Assembly (NCBI GenBank): GCA_964016885.1
Contig: OZ024740.1
Span: 332,134,001-332,198,000, forward strand
Direction: 5' to 3'
DNA from: Eledone cirrhosa
Lineage: Eukaryota
Length of the DNA stretch: 64,000 bases
Below, piece after piece: positions 57,000 through 64,000 of this stretch. Position 1 is the first letter of the stretch. Each line of letters opens with the position of its first letter. The notes below the pieces were generated by a model. That model saw only the letters and a program-made list of their open reading frames with translations. It searched no databases and was not told the origin of the DNA. The position numbers and the translations under genes were made by a program.

Positions 57000-57423
57000 C
57001 TAGACCTGAAAAATGCGCGAGCTCAAAAGAGCCACATAATGTTATAATAAACCTTCAAAAGTGTGGGACTAGAGTTGTTGTTCAAAAATATTGTAATCAT
57101 TATCTATGTGGCATCCTTTTATAAAAAAGAGACTCATAACGAACTCAAGACGACACGATAATTATTTAAGTGAATTTATAATATAGAATTCGGTTTAAGT
57201 GCATTTCGTATTAATCATTACTAAACATCTAATATGAGATATTGAACATTAGCTTAAATAATTATCGTGTCGTCTTGTGTCTCTTTTTTATAAAAGGATG
57301 CCAGAGAGTGTACGATAGATAATGATTACAATATTTTTGAGCAACAACTCTAGTCCCACACTTTTGAAGGTTTATTATAACATTCTGTGGCTCTTTTGAG
57401 CTTGCGCATTTTTCAGGTCTAGT
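57000..57423. repeat. Long inverted repeat, MITE-like or fold-back element
   Basis: Arms about 57000-57170 and 57253-57423 (ctagacctgaaaaatgcgc... / ...gcgcatttttcaggtctag). Confidence 0.85.
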
Positions 57424-58739
57424 ATATATATGGAGTGGTTAAAGGTGTGGTATCAGTTCAGGTATGGCAATCGGTTTAATTCACAGTAGTATATCTGTAA
57501 TACTATGAATTTGAGAAAGACCTATCATACTACATATAAAGAGAAGATCTATATAATCTACATGTGCAACGCTCTACGTTATTTATGATTTCTTATGTCT
57601 CTGCCTTAAATTTATATCTTGTGAATATATAATTCATTAAATAACTTTACTATTTAAATTGTATTTTAATTAAAGCTAACTTATTTTATATTTAACGCTT
57701 ATAACATGATCCCTGAACAATTATATTATTATTGGATGTTTAGTTCTACGAAATAAAGTATACCTCAATTCAATTTTTATACTTCTGATGTCATTAGATA
57801 TGTTTTATTTGCTGTTATATATTAACTTCTCTGCTGATCAACAGAGTACTTACAATTATAGTATTTGTATAATGATAGAGATTTTTTTTTATCTCTGTCT
57901 GGAAATATTTCAGCAGAAGGTTTAATTAGGTGTCATTTTAGAACCGGTAAATTCAAATTTAATTGGATGCAGAAACTAATGGAAAGTACTAAAAGACAAG
58001 TGTAAATTAAGTCGGCTTAATGGATTTTAGATGGTGATTAACTTACAAAGTTCCGTCTCAGCTATAATTAACGCTTTTCGGTGGGTGTGGTGCTAATATT
58101 TACTACACGGCGATCAATATGTGTTGTGCCAAGTAAAAGAACGTACTCATATGTAGCACATTTGAAAGTCTTCGCACGAAATACGAAATAAAATAGGAAT
58201 TTTAAAAGAATACGTAAACTGTTTTCGTCCAATTACCGTCTACTTGGCACGAGAAAAATTATCTTTTAACATGTTGAAGTGATTACCTAAGCGAAATTGC
58301 TCTCGAGAATGGATAATATTTAATAAATAATTAACTTTCTGCTGTCAACTACGTTAACAATACAATTAAAAATATAAACACCCGGGTAAAAATCAATTTT
58401 GACTTGTACGTTACTGACAAAAATATTTCCAAACATCTATTGCATGTTTGTCATTTGACGAACAATGTCCTCTTTTATTATATTCAAATTTAAAAAATAA
58501 TTATAGCCAATCAAATTTATCCATCGTTTGCACCAACAAGCTGTCAACTTTGTTTCTAGTATTTTATATATTTTATTTCTGGTTTTGTATCTGATTCAAA
58601 CAAAACATGCTATTAAATGGAACAAAATGGAAGTAAAAACAGGAAGTAGAAAGAAGAAAAAGAAGAAAAGGATCAATCAAGGAAAGAATGTGAGGGGCAG
58701 GAAAACAAACACTATACCCAAGTCCGAGTGGTGCCTCAG

Positions 58740-59240
58740 CCGCGTCCGGGGGGACAAAATGGCAAATGTGTTACCTCGGAGAATGGCCATAGAACCCGCT
58801 GCAGCAGCCACCCCAACACACGGAGGTCCCTGCTCAAGCGGGTCGCCGTCTATCCGACTTCACGGAGAAAATTAGGAGTGCGGGGATCCAGGACGCCAGA
58901 AGTATTTTTGGAGAACAGTGCAAAATGGAAGCGGTTGGTGAGGCCGCGGTATATCTTCCTCTTCTCTGCATTATGGACAGCGAAGACTGGGTTTCTGGCC
59001 GAAGCGACAAGGTTGCTGGAGGAGAACGAGTCGCTACATGTCCTGTCCCAAATTAGCAATTTGCCCAGCTCGAAAGAGAAGAAGTTTAATCCGTCGGTGC
59101 AGACCGAACTCATCAGTAACGGCTCCACAGCTGCATCTGTGTGGCTCACACACACAAGAGCAGAGGTGCTGTGTACTCCAATGCAGGTGCACACCTTATC
59201 AAGAAGGGTACCGGTTGACAATTAAGCCATCGAACTGAGT
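58740..59240 (-). mobile_element. Divergent CRE-like endonuclease fragment
   Basis: DGL.FF.F..GKLLIWD.TCSDSFS.SNL..SA.NP..A...AE.RK...F...TSGVL.PR..FL.EVG. Confidence 0.75.
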
Positions 59241-59429
59241 CAAGCGCCACTGTATAGTTGCCAAATCCAGTAGCTTTGACAACGGTAACTCGGGCAATAA
59301 CAGCCACATCACACATCAACAATCTAATTATCAGGCCGGTGTATCCATTTTATTGGATTATAATCTTTTATATTTTCAAAATGCTGAGAATGCTAAGTAT
59401 AGCAGAATTCTAAAGACACATTACTAATC

Positions 59430-59595
59430 CCCCTCCTCCTCCTCCTCCTCCTCCTCTTCCTCCTCATCATCATCATCGTCGTCGTCATCGTCATAATGAT
59501 CACACCCCCACCTCCACCATCCTGATACTACTACTACTACCACTACCACTACAACAACAACAAGAGCAACTACTACTACTACTATTACTACAAGG
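59430..59595. repeat. Compound trinucleotide microsatellite (CCT/CAT/CGT/ACT/ACA)
   Basis: Seen directly in the sequence. Confidence 0.9.
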
Positions 59596-59739
59596 TTGCT
59601 ATTTCTCCATCACCAATCTAAGATGTTATATATATTTAGAACAAATACGGTTATTCTAGCATTCTTATAATTGAACCACGCACGCATGATCATGGTTATA
59701 AATCAAGCAAACGTTTTCCCAAGAATTAATGCTTCTATC

Positions 59740-59920
59740 TATAATTGTTTCTACTTTAGGCACAAGGCCAGCAATCAACCAGTGCATTACTGGTACTTTA
59801 TTTTATCGACCCCGTAAGGATGAAAGGCAAAGTCAACTTCGGCGGGATTTGAACTCAGATCGTAAAGGGACGTAACTATGCTGGAAGGCATGGCGTCCGA
59901 CTCTCTACCGATACTGCCAA
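59740..59920 (-). mobile_element. tRNA-derived SINE
   Basis: Near-identical to 31101-31290. Confidence 0.9.
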
Positions 59921-60189
59921 ATGATCTGATAGTACCACACCCAGAAACTTTATATTGTGAATGATATATCTTTATTGGACCATATATATTAAAAAGAACA
60001 ATATGGCAGGAACTATAACATATAGTAAGTTACAGACAGTTTTAGCTTAGGGATATTATATTTATTCGCTAAAGGAAATACAAAATTATATGCCGAACAT
60101 AGCTACATAACTACACACACATACACACAGACACAGGCAAACATACCCACACATACAGACCCCCACACACACACATAAATACACCCACT

Positions 60190-60284
<95 letters not shown>

Positions 60285-60423
60285 TCTTCATTAATCATTA
60301 ATGCTGAGTCTGCGACTCCTTAATCTGGAGTTTCACCTATGTAGTCACAGACCAGACTGAAATAGAATTGGGAACTGCGTACCCATTCGCGCAGCCATCA
60401 TGATCTAGCTTATATATATATAC

Positions 60424-60505
<82 letters not shown>

Positions 60506-60534
60506 GGAGGGGTATGCGCGCGCGTGTGTATGTG

Positions 60535-60587
<53 letters not shown>

Positions 60588-61443
60588 GCTTGTGTGTGTG
60601 ATTGCGTGTGATGTGTATGTGTGTATATGTGTGAATGTATAAACTAAAAGTCAGAGATGTGAGAATTTTCTGTTGCGTCGGAATATGTGATAAATCAAAT
60701 GTAAGGTAACGAGTCGAAATGGAACAGATCACAGAGTAGAAATGACCCAAATGCCCATGGGATGTGACAGACACAACAATACTGCGATAAATTCCTATCA
60801 TCAGCGGACACCTCTAAAATCACAGTTTTTCTGTTGATAAACAGTCGAGACACGGAATAAACAATTTCCGTATGTATTGATTAATATTTAGTTTAACAGA
60901 ATTTTCAGACACTACACAGTACTTCTTCTAAACTTGCTTACACATTAACCACTGTAACCATTTCTATACTCTCCGGCCTTCCACACCTTTCACTCGAATC
61001 ATCTGGGTTTCTTTACCTATAATTCTCCCTTTCTTCTCTGAATATCGAAGAGATAGGATGTGTTTTCTGTTTATCGGACCATAAGGCTACATTTCATCAG
61101 CTTCTGTGTCGTGTACATTTATGTCCCGTTACCCCTTCTGAAATTTAAGTCAATTTCCTTGAGCCACGTTTCAGCGTATTTGTCTGACCTAACGTTGTAT
61201 TTTCTTTTCTCTTTTTCTGCTAATTTTCTCATATAATTAAACGATTACGCCTCGTCTTATTTTACGTGTCTGGACCATGACTAGTCTATTTTTCCGAACA
61301 GCCCCCGTGAAAAAGTACCTTTGTTCCGTATGACTGGGGTTTATTCAAAGTATTCACAATTACCACCCATAAAAAAAGATAAATTAAAAATAGAATATAT
61401 TTTTATAACCGGTAAGCACTTGATATTGTCTTTATATATATAT

Positions 61444-62210
61444 ATATATTGTGTGTTAGTTTAGCCTACCACAATGTCGGATTTGTCACGCTATTTAAAC
61501 GTATGTTATAGCTCTGAGACCTATCTTATCGAGTGCTTCGCTAACCCATCACTTCATATAAGTAGGCCGAATTACTTGCAAACCGCCAGAGATTCGATTT
61601 TACTGACTCCCAATTATATTAATCTCCTAGATTTATTAATTAACCAATTAATTTAATTGGAAAATTCTGTTGATTGGTTTATTATTAGCGTTAGTTTTAT
61701 AACATCTAGTCGATGATTAGCGGAAATTTAAATATTTCCATTTGCTAGCATTTGAATGACCCGCCAAAAACCAAGGGTTATTTCCCTTGCCGGAATTAAC
61801 ACGTGATAAATATAGATATGATTAGCAGCCGTGAGAGCAGCAACATATTTTATCACTCCTGATCCTAACCAGAACGAAAACCTGCTGATAAACTGATTCC
61901 TCTGTTCAGTCACCAATACCATGAACTTGCCACTAAAGTAAGTCTGATATTTGATTTCGGAGGCAGAGAAACATTTCAAACGTTCGTCTGATCTGTCCAG
62001 GTCTATTTTTCTCAACCTGATTAGTTTCTTCGTTACTTTGGTATATATTGTGTGTTAGTTTAGCCTACCACAATGTCGGATTTGTCACGCTATTTAAATA
62101 TATGTTATAACCCTGAGACCTATCTTATCGAGTGCTTCGCTAACCCATCACTTCATATAAGTAGGCCAAATTACTTGCAAACCGCCAGAGATTCGATTTT
62201 ACTGATTCCC

Positions 62211-62217
<7 letters not shown>
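61444..62217. mobile_element. Non-coding element with roughly 175 bp direct repeats 599 bp apart, inside (TA)n
   Basis: 61444-61619 is repeated at 62043-62218; no convincing ORF. Confidence 0.8.
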
Positions 62218-62275
<58 letters not shown>

Positions 62276-62326
62276 TATATATATATATATATATATATGC
62301 ATATATATATATATATATATATATAT

Positions 62327-63296
62327 CTAAGGCGGGTAAAATTCCCGAGATCCATGGACGAGTTCTCTCCAGCGGTCTCTGTCCCCCATTATCGCTGCCA
62401 TATCCTGCATCTCCAACAGACCAGTGTCTGTCCTTAGGGCATCAACATATGTTAACCTTGGTCTTCCTCTTCTAGTGTGTCCATGTAGGGGCTCCCAAAG
62501 GAGCACTGAGTGCAATGTCAACTCTGGATGTCGGTGAGCATGTCCAGCCAACCTCAGTCTTCTCTGTGTCACTTTTGAGCTGACTTTTGGGATGCTCCCA
62601 TACAGCTCTGAGTTTTTCATCCTCAGTGTATACTGATTAATGTTCAGAGCCATCGTCAGCATTCTCGTGTAGCACCCATCCACCATCTGAGTGAGTCTCT
62701 TGGTCAGTGTCCAAGTCTCAGACCCATACAGCAGCACAGACTCCACTACAGCAATGAAGAGGCGGATTTTCAGGTCTCTACGAAGGTCTGACTTCCACAC
62801 CGATCTCAAGCTGTGACACGCCGCCCAGGCCTTGCTCTTCCTCTCAACCACATCATCTTCCGTATTCCCAATCTTTGCTCCCAAATACAGGAAGTCCTCA
62901 ACCAATTCCAGCGGCTTCCCGCCTACATTAGTGATCCCCTCTGGCTTCTCAACATTCTCTACCAGATATTTTGTTTTAGTCTCATTCATTCTCAGCCCCA
63001 CACTCATCGACACAGTCTCAACCTCCCGCATCAAATCCCCTGCCTCCTTCACTGTATTTGTCACCAAAACTATGTCGTCGGCAAACTCAGCATCCGATAC
63101 CTTTTTCGCCCCAACTCTCCTGCTCTGAGCCGGTGCCACAATAAAGCCAGAGTCCTGGTGTTTCTCCAGTGCAAGGCGCATACAATAGTCCACTACGATG
63201 ATAAAAAGGTAGGGAGCCAATGTATCTCCCTGGAGCACTCCAGCCAGTATCTCAAAGAACTCTGTCATCCCATCAGGTGTAATGACTTGGGCTTTG

Positions 63297-63298
<2 letters not shown>
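62327..63298 (-). mobile_element. RTE-like LINE, 5'-truncated, open RT frame
   Basis: GVLQGDTLAPYLF, EFADD, GLRMN..KT, F.YLG, VLLYGSETW, RLRLAGH, RGRP; (TA)n on both sides. Confidence 0.93.
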
Positions 63299-63347
<49 letters not shown>

Positions 63348-63352
63348 CTTGT

Positions 63353-64000
<648 letters not shown>

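Noticed and set aside
58528-59225. Plus-strand ORFs of 115 and 165 aa
   Set aside because: They are antisense shadows of the minus-strand CRE-like endonuclease fragment.
60283-61200. Possible decayed LINE 3' end (tail shared with 22512-22545)
   Set aside because: The shared tail is real, but I could not recover diagnostic protein motifs, so it is not called as a feature.

Overview
AT-rich, microsatellite-dense animal genomic DNA. It is most likely an octopus or other cephalopod, inferred from the SINE type, the (TA)n/(CA)n load and the molluscan-looking receptor sequence. The window lies almost entirely inside one minus-strand host gene, an AMPA-type ionotropic glutamate receptor. I can read five GT-AG exons (55157-54996, 34545-34342, 28386-28279, 4265-4155, 2275-2203) that splice in frame across the end of the amino-terminal domain and the start of the S1 ligand-binding segment. 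The introns hold two 5'-truncated Penelope-like retroelements (RT + GIY-YIG), RTE LINE fragments, four CRE-type LINE endonuclease fragments, two Helitron derivatives, many tRNA-derived SINEs and small MITEs. The most striking feature is invisible in the ORF track: about 20 type I hammerhead-ribozyme motifs, most in short non-coding elements inserted into (TA)n microsatellites. Many of these are built as 1.2-1.5 tandem copies of a roughly 300-600 nt unit and/or as fold-back inverted repeats. In one case the element starts exactly at the predicted self-cleavage site. Together this suggests several families of non-autonomous, ribozyme-processed (retrozyme-like, possibly circular-RNA) elements mobilised by Penelope enzymes. 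All folds and alignments were read by eye; no database search or folding program was run, and repeat boundaries are approximate. Most ORFs in the supplied track are microsatellite artefacts.
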